Positions 53,692-63,084 are shown, numbered from the stretch's first letter. The stretch: DNA of 64,000 bases from Clostridiales bacterium (GCA_029256575.1 JAQSXR010000015.1:19614-83613); one strand, 5' to 3'. Notes: generated by a model not told the origin, from the sequence alone. Program-made: numbers and translations.

Positions 53692-54268
53692 ATGAAAATG
53701 AAAAAACCTAACATTATGATGGACCTCGCTTCTGTAGAGAATATCAAAGGAAGATTTATCTGGAATTAGCTTTAACGAAATACTTTTTGAAAACTGTAAA
53801 TTTGTAGATTGCAAAATAGATAAAGCCAGCTTTGTAGATGTAATTTTTAAAAGTTGTGATTTTTCTAACAGTAATTTTAGTGACGGTTATTTTAATCGCT
53901 GCGAGTTAGTTACTTGTAAGTGGATGGGTGCTAATTTATACGGAAGTGGATTTCAACATATATCTATCTTAAATTGTAATTTTCAATATGCAAGTTTTGA
54001 TAATTCTAATCTTAACTTTGCTACTATCTCTGAAACTGATATGAGTAATGCAAGCTTTTACGAGTGCAAATTTAAAAATTTCGAACTCTATGAGTCAAGA
54101 TTTTTACAAACAAACTTTTACAAAACTCCGCTAAAGGGTATCGATTTTACCCGATGTCAAATAGGCGGTCTTATTGTTTCAAATGCTTTTACAGAGTTAT
54201 ATGGTGTTATTGTAACTCCTCTTCAAGCTGCTGATTTAGCTAAGCTGTTAGGTATTATTATAAATTAA
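53692..54268 (+). pseudogene. Pentapeptide repeat protein with an early frame-changing deletion
   Basis: RBS GGAG and MKMKKPNI start. The repeat frame EDLSGISFNEILFENCKF...CDFSNSNF... continues into ORF 53924-54268, ending QAADLAKLLGII. Confidence 0.8.
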
Positions 54269-54315
54269 ACATAACAATATTGTTGCATAATAAAACTGAC
54301 AAACAATTATTATAA

Positions 54316-54367
54316 TGTACCGACCCCAATTAGTTAGACCTAAATCTAATCAATTGGGGTCGGTACA
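54316..54367. mobile_element. 52-bp miniature IS3-family (IS150-type) element consisting only of two terminal inverted repeats
   Basis: TGTACCGACCCCAATTAGTTAGA-cctaaa-TCTAATCAATTGGGGTCGGTACA; TG...CA ends; flanked by TAA/TAA. Confidence 0.7.
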
Positions 54368-54390
54368 TAATTGACCTGTCAGTTTTTTTA

Positions 54391-54456
54391 TATCTAACTA
54401 CTATCTAATTACTATCTAACTACTAACTAACTACTATCTAATTACTATCTATCTAC
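54391..54456. repeat. 11-bp tandem repeat, about 5-6 units
   Basis: ctatctaacta / ctatctaatta units. Confidence 0.8.
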
Positions 54457-54613
54457 CATTTGTATCACTTTTATTTATAGGGTTGTCATCATGTAGTCCA
54501 AATACCGCCCTGGCACTCTCTGCCTGCGGTTCATGTTTGATATGCTTTGAATGGAATTTCCCATCTTCTTTTTTATGATTCTTTGTACTTTTTTTATTAT
54601 TATTAGTAGCCAT
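54449..54613 (-). CDS. Small 54-aa protein resembling the clostridial CPC_1213 family (below ORF-track cutoff)
   Basis: RBS AAGGAGG; MATNNNKK...KHIKHEPQAESARAVFG... Confidence 0.7.
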   Translation of the reverse strand: MATNNNKKSTKNHKKEDGKFHSKHIKHEPQAESARAVFGLHDDNPINKSDTNGR

Positions 54614-54721
54614 ATACTTCCTCCTTAAAATGTATTTCTCTATTAGTATGTCATTTTTTATTATTAATATTATGCAAACTATGCTTAGTAGACTTACATA
54701 GATTATAAAAAAAAGGTACTG

Positions 54722-55177
54722 TCAACTTATGACAGCACCTTGATATTTATTTAGATAATCTTCTAGAGTAATTTTCCTACAAAGTTCCGCAATTAAATCA
54801 TATGGAATGTTTTCTGCTTTTTTAAAGCGTATACAACTCTTCCCCATATCTAACTTTGCACTAACGTATTTAGGGTATTGATCCTGAAACCATTTTAAAA
54901 TGTCTGGATAAACATAGATTCCCATATGATAGAGCGCAATATAATTTTTCTGCGATGCTATACTTATAAATGGAACTGGTTCCTTAGGATTGGCATGGTA
55001 TCCTGGTGGATAAATGCTATGAGGAATAACATAACTAATCATTCCATAGGAAATTGTTTCTTCAAATCCTTTTTGGAGATTATCTTTTATAATTTTTCTT
55101 AAATTAACAATAACTGATTTTCTATCTTCAGGTAGTTGGTCGATGTATTCATCTGGGGTAAATGCTTCATATTTCAA
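54722..55177 (-). CDS. DUF1801 (YdhG-like) domain protein
   Basis: RBS AGGAG then TTG at 55177; TPDEYI, YGMISYVIP, ASQKNYIALY, DMGKSCIRFK. Confidence 0.88.
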   Translation of the reverse strand: MKYEAFTPDEYIDQLPEDRKSVIVNLRKIIKDNLQKGFEETISYGMISYVIPHSIYPPGYHANPKEPVPFISIASQKNYIALYHMGIYVYPDILKWFQDQYPKYVSAKLDMGKSCIRFKKAENIPYDLIAELCRKITLEDYLNKYQGAVIS

Positions 55178-55195
55178 TTTGTCACTCTCCTTTTC

Positions 55196-55243
55196 TGCCA
55201 GGGGGCCGTTTTGTTTGGTAGAATTCAACCAAGCAAAACGTCC
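55196..55243. repeat. REP-like palindromic repeat, copy 1
   Basis: tgccagggggccgttttgtttgg...ccaagcaaaacgtcc; related sequences at 56153 and 58745-58811. Confidence 0.65.
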
Positions 55244-55270
55244 AAGACCAGTGGCACCATGGTGATTTTC

Positions 55271-56050
55271 TCACTCAAATAAATAACCAGTCATTGATAA
55301 AGACCCCATATTCCACGTATCATTATATATAGTCAACTTGTCTTCTTCGTTCGATGCTCCTAATACATAGAGTAGCGGATAAAAATGTTCAAGTGTAGTA
55401 AATGCCAATCTTGATGACTCACCAGCATTCTTATAATCGATAACATTCTCAAATTGTCTATTTATAATATTCTCCTTAATATAATTATCAAATTCAACTG
55501 CCCATGGATAACCACCATCCATATCCCAATCAACTCTAGCGAGATTATGAACAACATTTCCGCTTCCAAAGATTAGTACTCCCTTTTCTCTAAGAGAACT
55601 TAATTCTTGTCCTATTCTAAAATGTGTATTAGCATCTGCATTTCTATCAATACTTAGCTGAAATATGGGGATATCTGCTTGTGGATACATCTTTCTTAAA
55701 ACGGACCAAGTTCCATGATCAATTCCCCAGCTGTTATCTACTATCACCTCTTTATTTAGTAAACTCATAGTCATATGTGCTAGTTCAGGTGAACCTTTCG
55801 AAGGATAAATCACTTTATACAACTCTTCTGGAAACCCATACATATCATATACCATTTTAGGCTGTTCATCATCTGTTATTCTAGTGCCATCCGTGTACCA
55901 GTGAGCTGAGATAGCAATGATAGCTTCCGGTTTTGGCATTCTTTGTGCTAGCTCCTCCCATACTTTTGTAAATTTATTATCTTCAATTGCATTCATCGGA
56001 GAACCATGCCCGATGAATAATGCAGGCATTTTTTTTGTTGTTTTTATCAT
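55271..56050 (-). CDS. Class III extradiol ring-cleavage dioxygenase (4,5-DOPA dioxygenase/YgiD-like)
   Basis: FIGHGSPM, ISAHW, YDMYGFP, DHGTW, GSGNVVHNL, EHFYPL. Confidence 0.92.
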   Translation of the reverse strand: MIKTTKKMPALFIGHGSPMNAIEDNKFTKVWEELAQRMPKPEAIIAISAHWYTDGTRITDDEQPKMVYDMYGFPEELYKVIYPSKGSPELAHMTMSLLNKEVIVDNSWGIDHGTWSVLRKMYPQADIPIFQLSIDRNADANTHFRIGQELSSLREKGVLIFGSGNVVHNLARVDWDMDGGYPWAVEFDNYIKENIINRQFENVIDYKNAGESSRLAFTTLEHFYPLLYVLGASNEEDKLTIYNDTWNMGSLSMTGYLFE

Positions 56051-56152
56051 ATTATTTTTCCTTCTATTATACAAGTTACTTCTATTATATTAGTTACTTT
56101 TATTATCTCATTAATAGTACACAGAATAAAGTATTATCTCATTTTTATTTTC

Positions 56153-56174
56153 TGCCAGGAGGACGTTTTGTTTA
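56153..56174 (+). repeat. REP-like repeat, copy 2 (half element)
   Basis: tgccaggaggacgttttgttta. Confidence 0.55.
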
Positions 56175-56338
56175 GAAGTTTTTTAAGACATAAGATATTT
56201 GTTCGGTAAAATTATGTCACACAAATGTCTCTTGGCGGAAAACATTTGTACTATTTTATCAAAATTTAACATAAATTACACCTAACTTTGATATTACATA
56301 TCTTTAAAAGAATTATAATAATATTGAGGTGATAAACT

Positions 56339-56695
56339 ATGAAAAAAATAATGATCGCAGACGATTCATTAATGATTAGAATGACTCTAAAACGAATATT
56401 TCAACAAAATGGTTATGAAGTAGTTGCTGAAGCTGCTAACGGCCAAGAAGCAGTTGACAAATATCTAAGTGCTAAACCCGATCTCGTTACATTGGATATT
56501 ACAATGCCTATCTTGGATGGTATCTCTGCACTTAAGGAAATACGCTCGCTCAATGAAGATGCAGTAGTAATCATGATTTCAGCACTTGGTCAAGAAACTA
56601 AGATTCTTGAAGCTTTCGATAACGGTGCAAGTCACTATATTACAAAACCATTTTCAGAGAATGAGATTGTTTCAAGACTTAAATTATTAGCTTAA
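56339..56695 (+). CDS. cheY: CheY-like response regulator
   Basis: IADDS, DLVTLDITMP, MISALGQE, YITKPF. Confidence 0.9.
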   Translation: MKKIMIADDSLMIRMTLKRIFQQNGYEVVAEAANGQEAVDKYLSAKPDLVTLDITMPILDGISALKEIRSLNEDAVVIMISALGQETKILEAFDNGASHYITKPFSENEIVSRLKLLA

Positions 56696-56731
56696 GCACG
56701 AGTAGTAAAATAACTTAAAGGAGCGTTAAAA

Positions 56732-58451
56732 ATGGTCGAAAATCTGGTTATTGATGTACCTACACTATCCGTCGAGCACTCTGGAGATGATGCTCAAACT
56801 ATATTTAAAAACATGCCCCAGTTAGAAGGCATTGTTGTCTTGGACAATGAAACACCGGTAGGCTTGATTATGCGTCCTTTCTTCTACCAAAAAATAGGAA
56901 CTCTCTACGGCCACTCCTTATACATCACAAGAAAGCTTTCTATACTTATGGATACCTCTATTCTTATTGTTGATTCTTCGCAAAGTATACCAGAGGTTGT
57001 AAGTTTAGCAATGGAAAGAGACCATGATCGCCTTTATGATTATATTGTGGTCATTCGCGAAGATAAATATGTTGGTGTAATTAATATAAAAATGTTTTTA
57101 ACTGAGTTAACAAAGCATCGTGAGGAGCATATAGCTGTATTGAAGACCCAACACGAAGAGCTTCAAAAGGCTAATCAAGAGGAGAAGAAATAGGCAATCA
57201 GTATTTTCCCGAATTAATGGGTGAGTATATGAGCTCTGAAAAGATTGATGTGTGTAAAAAAGTATTGAAAAGCTATTTTAATAATCAATCCAAGTTAAAG
57301 GATATTGCATACCTCTCTCTTCTCCCTACCGAGTTATGGTTATTTTGACTGATGTAACGGACCAAAAACTACTTGAAAAACGTATGGAAGAAGAACGTTA
57401 TAGTCAACATCTTATAGTAAAAGCAGTGACCTATAAAGATCAGATCAAGCAACTAATGGAAGATCTATTTAACTATATCACTCACGAATACAAGTATTCT
57501 TTTTCCGATAAAACAAATCCTTCTGATAGCATAAATGAAGTATATCGTATTGTTCATACCTTTAAAGGTGACTTCTCACAATTTGGCTTTTTGAGTACTG
57601 CGACTAACCTTCATAAAGTTGAAGATCAGATTTCTTACTTAATCACCAGCAAAACAAACCTTTCTCTTGATACGATTCAATCAATTTTTGCTAGTGTTAA
57701 GTATAAAGATATTATTAATAGTGACCTCGAAATATTACATAAAACATTTGGAGATGGTTACTTCCAACATGCAGATTTTGTTGAAGTGTCAAATAGTCGT
57801 TTGGAACAAGTTATTAATAAGATTATTTCGCTTGATAAGTCAACGCAGAACAATCAGATTATCGACTTGATTAAAGGACTCAAACGAAAGAATCTACGAG
57901 ACTACCTAAAGCAGTTTGATGATTATCTTCATTATCTGGCAGATCGCCTACAAAAAAATCACCCTAATTATACAATTTTATCTGATGATATTTATGTGGA
58001 TCTTGACCAGTATAGAGGAGTAATTAAGTCCTTGGGACATCTTTATCGTAATATGTTAGACCATGGTATTGAATCAGACGAAGAACGAGTAATGCTAGGA
58101 AAGTCTTCAGAAGGTAATATTTCTTGCGAAATGATGATCTCAAATGGTATTATTACCATTTCAATCGGAGACGATGGCCGGGGTATTGACCAAAACAAAG
58201 TTAAGCAAAAAGCGATTGACTGCAAAATAGCAACTCCTGCAGAAATAGATCTTATGAGCGAGGACGATATATTAAACATTATATTTATCGATTGTTTCTC
58301 AACGAATGAGTGTACCAATATGCTTTCAGGAAGAGGTGTTGGGATGGCTGCAGTAAAATACGAGTGTGAAAAAATAGGTGGTAAAATTAGTATTTCAACA
58401 CAATCTGGTAAAGGAACTAAGTATATAATAGAACTTCCTAAACTTGTATAA
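56732..58451 (+). pseudogene. CBS-domain / Hpt / HATPase CheA-like kinase, apparently one gene broken into three frame pieces
   Basis: CBS pair at 56732-57193; middle piece EIGNQYFPELMG...AYLSLLPTE in another frame; then VILTDVTDQK...YRIVHTFKG (Hpt)...HLYRNMLDHGIE, DDGRGID, SGRGVGMAAV. Confidence 0.75.
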
Positions 58452-58469
58452 TAGAAGGGAATCAATAAA

Positions 58470-58736
58470 ATGACAAATTACTGCATAAACAGTTTTATAT
58501 CCTCAATAGATAATGTGATACAATCGTTTTCGTCACAACCAACCTCCTTTGGAGAAATCAAAACCCTTAATAAAGAATTTGTAGGTGGTAATATTTCCGT
58601 GGTAATGGGCATGGTTGGTGATTATACAGGCACTGCATATTTAACAATGGATAATGCAGTTGGCCAAAACATTACCTCTTTAATGCTTGGTGGTATGGTT
58701 ATAACAGAAGACTTTGATTTGGCTCTCATAGAGTAG
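58470..58736 (+). pseudogene. cheX: CheX-like phosphatase, C-terminally truncated
   Basis: INSFISS...ISVVMGMVGDYTG...ITSLMLGG; stops before the catalytic ExxN, right at a REP-like repeat. Confidence 0.7.
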
Positions 58737-58744
58737 CTAGCCTT

Positions 58745-58811
58745 GGGGACGTTCTAATTTGCAGATTATCTCAAACAAAACGTCTCCCTGGCAGAGAACA
58801 TCCCTTTGTCA
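58745..58811. repeat. REP-like repeat cluster, copy 3
   Basis: ggggacgttct...caaacaaaacgtctccctggca (reverse complement of copies 1/2) and agaacatccctttgtca. Confidence 0.6.
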
Positions 58812-58856
58812 ACTCCTGGTAAACTATATCAACAAATAGAAAGATTTATTTATCTA

Positions 58857-60182
58857 TTAATAAAAAACCAGTGTAGCTAATGCGTTCATATCTCCCTCTG
58901 GAACACCAGCTATGCAAAGCCTAATACAATTCTTATTTACTTCTACTCCCTTATCTAAAAAGAATTCTGCTCCATTTTTTACAAGAATCCCGTATTTTTG
59001 AAGCTCTTTTTCTATCTCAACAGCCTCGATATACTCTGGAAGCTGTATCCATATAAAAATCCCATGCTCTGGCACATTCCAGTAAAACCCTTCTTTTCTT
59101 ACTGTTTTAAATATCTCAGCTGCCTTCCTAAGTTTAGCTTCATAGATTTTTCTGACTTTCTTTATATGCTTGTCGTACATTCCAGATTTTATAAACAAAT
59201 CCAGTGCCGCCTGTGAAATAGAAGAAGTATTCAAATCACTAATATTTTTTAAACTAACAAATTCTTTTAGCATAAACTTAGGAATTACTGCTGCTCCTAT
59301 TCTAATTCCAGGCATGAAGGTTTTTGAAAAACTACGGATATAAACAGTCTCTTTATTTGTGTCATAGTAATGGATGGGTAAACACCCTTTTCCTGATCCT
59401 AAATCCGCCAGATAATCATCCTCAATTATTACCACATTATATTTACAAGCGAGCTCAACAATTCTTTTCTTGTCTTTTTCAGAAAGGGTGTATCCAGTAG
59501 GGTTCTGGTGTCTTGGCATAATATAGAAGGCTTTAATTTCACCTGATTTAAATATAGTTTCCATTTCTTTATAATCAAATCCATCAATACTTCTTACAAT
59601 CTCCACCATATCAATCCCTAAATATGTTGCTAACTTTATAACTAGGTTATAGGTAGGCGCTTCAACTAGTAATTTACTTTTTATATTTCTAAATAGTGTT
59701 TGAAGTACAAGTGCTATCGCCTGCTGCGCACCATTTGTAATCATAATCATTTCTGTTTCTGTATAGATCCCTTCCGTTTCGAATCTGCTCTTCAATGTAT
59801 CTCTTAGAGATGATAGTCCTCCCGTAGTTTCATAACCAAATAGACTACTTTGGTACATATCAATTGCTTTATTCATTACATGCGTAAATTCTCTATATGG
59901 AACGAGCCTATTATCAGGTTTAACAGTTCGAAAATCCACAGTTTTCTCTATTTCTTTTATGCATTCCTCAGACTTAATTAGATAGAATCCTCCCCTTGGT
60001 ATACTGTAGACTTTATGTTCCTTTTCTAACTCGCTGTATGCTTTGTTTACTGTTATTTTATTTATTGATAGGAGCTCCCCTATTTTCCGGCAACTTGGAA
60101 GTCGGTGTCCTTCTCTAATTCTTCCCTCTTTAATTTCCGTACTAATATAATTTTTTACTATTTCTGTTTTGTTTTGCACCAT
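58857..60182 (-). CDS. MocR/GabR family regulator (GntR HTH plus PLP aminotransferase domain)
   Basis: RLPSCR..TVNKAYSELE; ITNGAQQA, HQNPTG, IIEDDY, SFSKTFMPGIRIG. Confidence 0.93.
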   Translation of the reverse strand: MVQNKTEIVKNYISTEIKEGRIREGHRLPSCRKIGELLSINKITVNKAYSELEKEHKVYSIPRGGFYLIKSEECIKEIEKTVDFRTVKPDNRLVPYREFTHVMNKAIDMYQSSLFGYETTGGLSSLRDTLKSRFETEGIYTETEMIMITNGAQQAIALVLQTLFRNIKSKLLVEAPTYNLVIKLATYLGIDMVEIVRSIDGFDYKEMETIFKSGEIKAFYIMPRHQNPTGYTLSEKDKKRIVELACKYNVVIIEDDYLADLGSGKGCLPIHYYDTNKETVYIRSFSKTFMPGIRIGAAVIPKFMLKEFVSLKNISDLNTSSISQAALDLFIKSGMYDKHIKKVRKIYEAKLRKAAEIFKTVRKEGFYWNVPEHGIFIWIQLPEYIEAVEIEKELQKYGILVKNGAEFFLDKGVEVNKNCIRLCIAGVPEGDMNALATLVFY

Positions 60183-60203
60183 CTTTTCCACCTCATATTT
60201 CCC

Positions 60204-60219
60204 TCTGTAATAGTACAGA
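60204..60219. promoter_or_regulatory. Palindromic candidate MocR operator in the divergent promoter region
   Basis: TCTGTA-ATAG-TACAGA. Confidence 0.45.
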
Positions 60220-60296
60220 ATGAATTATCCATTATTGAACTAGTCTAGTCTTTATTATATACTCCTTCTATATTAATACAATAGATTGGAGAAAAA

Positions 60297-61523
60297 ATGG
60301 ATACAACAATCAATGAAAGACGTTTAAAAATGTTTGCAAGTCCCGGGGTTACTCTATCTGTCCTTAACGCTTCCGGTACTCGAATAAATACACAAGAGTA
60401 TGGCGAACTAATCGATTTTGAATCAGGCTGTTGGGCTGCTATTCTAGGTCACAGTAGAAGTGAAATTGTGCAAGCTATAACTAATAATGTAGGATTACTT
60501 TTTCACACTCATCAATTTTTCGATACAAATCATCCGGATTCTCTTGTAAAAGAACTATGTAATGCATCCAATTTAAGTTGTAACTATAAAGGTACCTTTC
60601 TATCCTCAGGTAGTGAGGCTGTTTCACTCGCCATTATGCTGGCAGAGTTAATTACTGGACGAAAAAGAAAATTGTCTTTCTCCATTTCATATCTTGGTGC
60701 ATCGTCAGATCTCAGAATACCTCGAAATCCAGAGATCTGGACTGACTTAGATATATCTGATTGTATTCATTGTAAGAAATGTCTCACTTGCAAAGAATGC
60801 CTTAAATTTGAAGAAATAGATTTTTCACAATTCGCGGCCTTCGTTTTTGAGCCTGGAAACTCTGGTGGACTTGTACTTTTCGCTCCCGAGAAACTTGTTT
60901 CATATTTAGCCACAGAGATTAGATCTTCACGAGGTTTCTTTATCGCAAGTGAAATTACAACAGGTTTTGGTAGAACTGGGCAATGGTTCGGTTTTCAGCA
61001 CTATAATTTCTTTCAGTCAAAAACAAACTTACCTGATTTTATATCCCTTGGTAAAGGCCTTGGTAATGGATATCCAATAAGTGGTTTACTCGTTAAACCA
61101 GATTTGGCTCAATTTATAGAATCGACTGGGTTTCGATATGTACAATCACATTCTGACGATCCTCTAGGATGTATTATAACTAGAAAAGTAATTGAAATCA
61201 TGGTGAGAGAAAATTTGATAGAAAAAGGAAACAAATCTGGAGAATATCTTCGTAGAAAACTAATAGAAATAGGTGACCAAACCGGTGGAATTGTTGAAGT
61301 CCGAGGGAGGGGTATGATGAATATTGCCGTCCTAGATAAACATTATAAAGCAAAAAAAGTATTTGAGAGTCTTCTAAAAAGAAAATGTTTTATTGGATAT
61401 TCAGAAATGCATAATGTTATTCGTTTTTATGCTCCTCTAACTATTAGTATTGAAGAAATTGATGTTCTTTGTAGTTCACTTAAACTTATACTAGCGGAAC
61501 ATGTAGGTTCTGTGATATATTAG
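60297..61523 (+). CDS. Class III PLP-dependent aminotransferase (divergent)
   Basis: IDFESG...LGH, SSGSEAV, VFEP, SEITTGFGRTG, LGKGLGNGYPIS, EVRGRGMM. Confidence 0.9.
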   Translation: MDTTINERRLKMFASPGVTLSVLNASGTRINTQEYGELIDFESGCWAAILGHSRSEIVQAITNNVGLLFHTHQFFDTNHPDSLVKELCNASNLSCNYKGTFLSSGSEAVSLAIMLAELITGRKRKLSFSISYLGASSDLRIPRNPEIWTDLDISDCIHCKKCLTCKECLKFEEIDFSQFAAFVFEPGNSGGLVLFAPEKLVSYLATEIRSSRGFFIASEITTGFGRTGQWFGFQHYNFFQSKTNLPDFISLGKGLGNGYPISGLLVKPDLAQFIESTGFRYVQSHSDDPLGCIITRKVIEIMVRENLIEKGNKSGEYLRRKLIEIGDQTGGIVEVRGRGMMNIAVLDKHYKAKKVFESLLKRKCFIGYSEMHNVIRFYAPLTISIEEIDVLCSSLKLILAEHVGSVIY

Positions 61524-61647
61524 CTTATCATGCAGATTCCGAATTAGCTTAGACAATTAAAAACGCCAAATCAATCCCTCTAGAAACAAGCCTCTAATGG
61601 TATCGATTTGGCGCATCTTATTGCTTGGTCTTAAGTGCCGTTTAATG

Positions 61648-62262
61648 TTATGCAATGTTTGATTGCCTACCATATCCGTACTTATTTGCAAATTCTAAAA
61701 AAGTATTCCCTTTTATAATCATAATAGCTGCTTCTTCTCTTACTTCATCATATTGCTGAAATATTTTCTTTGCGGTATCTGGGGATGAATATACTTTCCA
61801 ATAACCAGACATTATACAATTTGCACCTTTACATTCAATAAATGCTTTCACATCTTCAATTGGATAGCCTAGAAATGCCCCTATCTCGTGAGGGAATCCT
61901 TTTTCTTTTTTGTAGAACTTTTCAAAATTTGCAATTAGTTGTATCAAAATATCATTTAATGACCCTTTATATCCATAAGAATCTAGAAATCCTTGTATCT
62001 CACATTTATCGATTTGACTAACAAGTAATTCCTTCCGAAATAATAAAAATACAGTCTTTTCATCGCTGCTATATAATCTTATACTTAATACTCCAGTACC
62101 TCTAATACTTTTTTTTAATATTTTATTATTTTTATTTTTTAATATTATTATGCTAGATGCCTTCTTACCGGATAATACAGGTGCACATTGTAGTGCTATA
62201 TACACTGCTGTTTTTCTTTTATCATTATTTTCCACTAAAAATCGTATAATATCTGAAGACAT
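61648..62262 (-). CDS. DUF3793 family protein
   Basis: QCAPVLSGKK, FPHEIGAFLGYPIEDV, GYWKVY. Confidence 0.88.
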   Translation of the reverse strand: MSSDIIRFLVENNDKRKTAVYIALQCAPVLSGKKASSIIILKNKNNKILKKSIRGTGVLSIRLYSSDEKTVFLLFRKELLVSQIDKCEIQGFLDSYGYKGSLNDILIQLIANFEKFYKKEKGFPHEIGAFLGYPIEDVKAFIECKGANCIMSGYWKVYSSPDTAKKIFQQYDEVREEAAIMIIKGNTFLEFANKYGYGRQSNIA

Positions 62263-62469
62263 ATTTCTCCTCCAAAAGTTATGCTACCTTTTTTAAAAAA
62301 CTAAATTCGAATTAACATTCCGTATATATTTAATCTATCATTATAATATTTACAAATTTCTTTTTTTTATACTTTAGTTTTAGATTTATGACAATATCTG
62401 CATTCATCCATTTTATTAATCAAGATTTGAATTTAACACGAAAGAATTGTTTCTTTACACTTTTCATAT

Positions 62470-63084
62470 TTATATAACATTTTCTTCTTTTACCGTTTCA
62501 ATAATTTCTTCCCAGTTCTCCAAAACATATTTTCCGATAATAGGGTCATACATAAGTCCTAAATTTTTCTCAATCTCACTATAGCAGAAGTCGAAATTAT
62601 GAGCTTTACGATAACTACGTTTTGTAGTCATGGCATCAATCGAGTCGCATATCGATATGATTCTAGATCCTACGGGTATCTCCACTCCAGAAACTCCATT
62701 CGGATAGCCGTTTCCATCATATCTCTCATGATGATGCAAAACAATATTGCTTATTTCATCGAGTCTTTCTGATTTAGCAAGAATATCAGCTCCAATTCTT
62801 GAGTGAGATTTCATGATTATCCATTCTTCCTGGGTCAATTTCCCTTCTTTATTGAGAACTGCATCTGGAATTCCAATTTTTCCGATATCGTGTAAATGTG
62901 CAGCAACATGTATTTCTTCTATATCTTTCTTATTAAACCCTAACATCGTACAAATTATTTTCGCCATATCACTTACTCTTTGAGAATGATAAGACGTATA
63001 GGAATCTCTTGCATCCATTGCTCCTGAAATACATTCAATAATATCATGATAATCTATGAAATCAATTCTTCCGCTATTCGACAT
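62470..63084 (-). CDS. HD-GYP domain c-di-GMP phosphodiesterase
   Basis: DSYTSYHSQRV, LHDIGKIGIPD, HHHERYDGNGYP, DAMTTKRSYR. Confidence 0.93.
   Translation of the reverse strand: MSNSGRIDFIDYHDIIECISGAMDARDSYTSYHSQRVSDMAKIICTMLGFNKKDIEEIHVAAHLHDIGKIGIPDAVLNKEGKLTQEEWIIMKSHSRIGADILAKSERLDEISNIVLHHHERYDGNGYPNGVSGVEIPVGSRIISICDSIDAMTTKRSYRKAHNFDFCYSEIEKNLGLMYDPIIGKYVLENWEEIIETVKEENVI

Noticed and set aside
39561-54268. Antibiotic-resistance calls for the APH-like, MATE, KNTase-like and pentapeptide genes
   Set aside because: Only superfamily-level motifs are visible, there is no mobile context, two of the genes are broken, and nothing supports a specific resistance gene.
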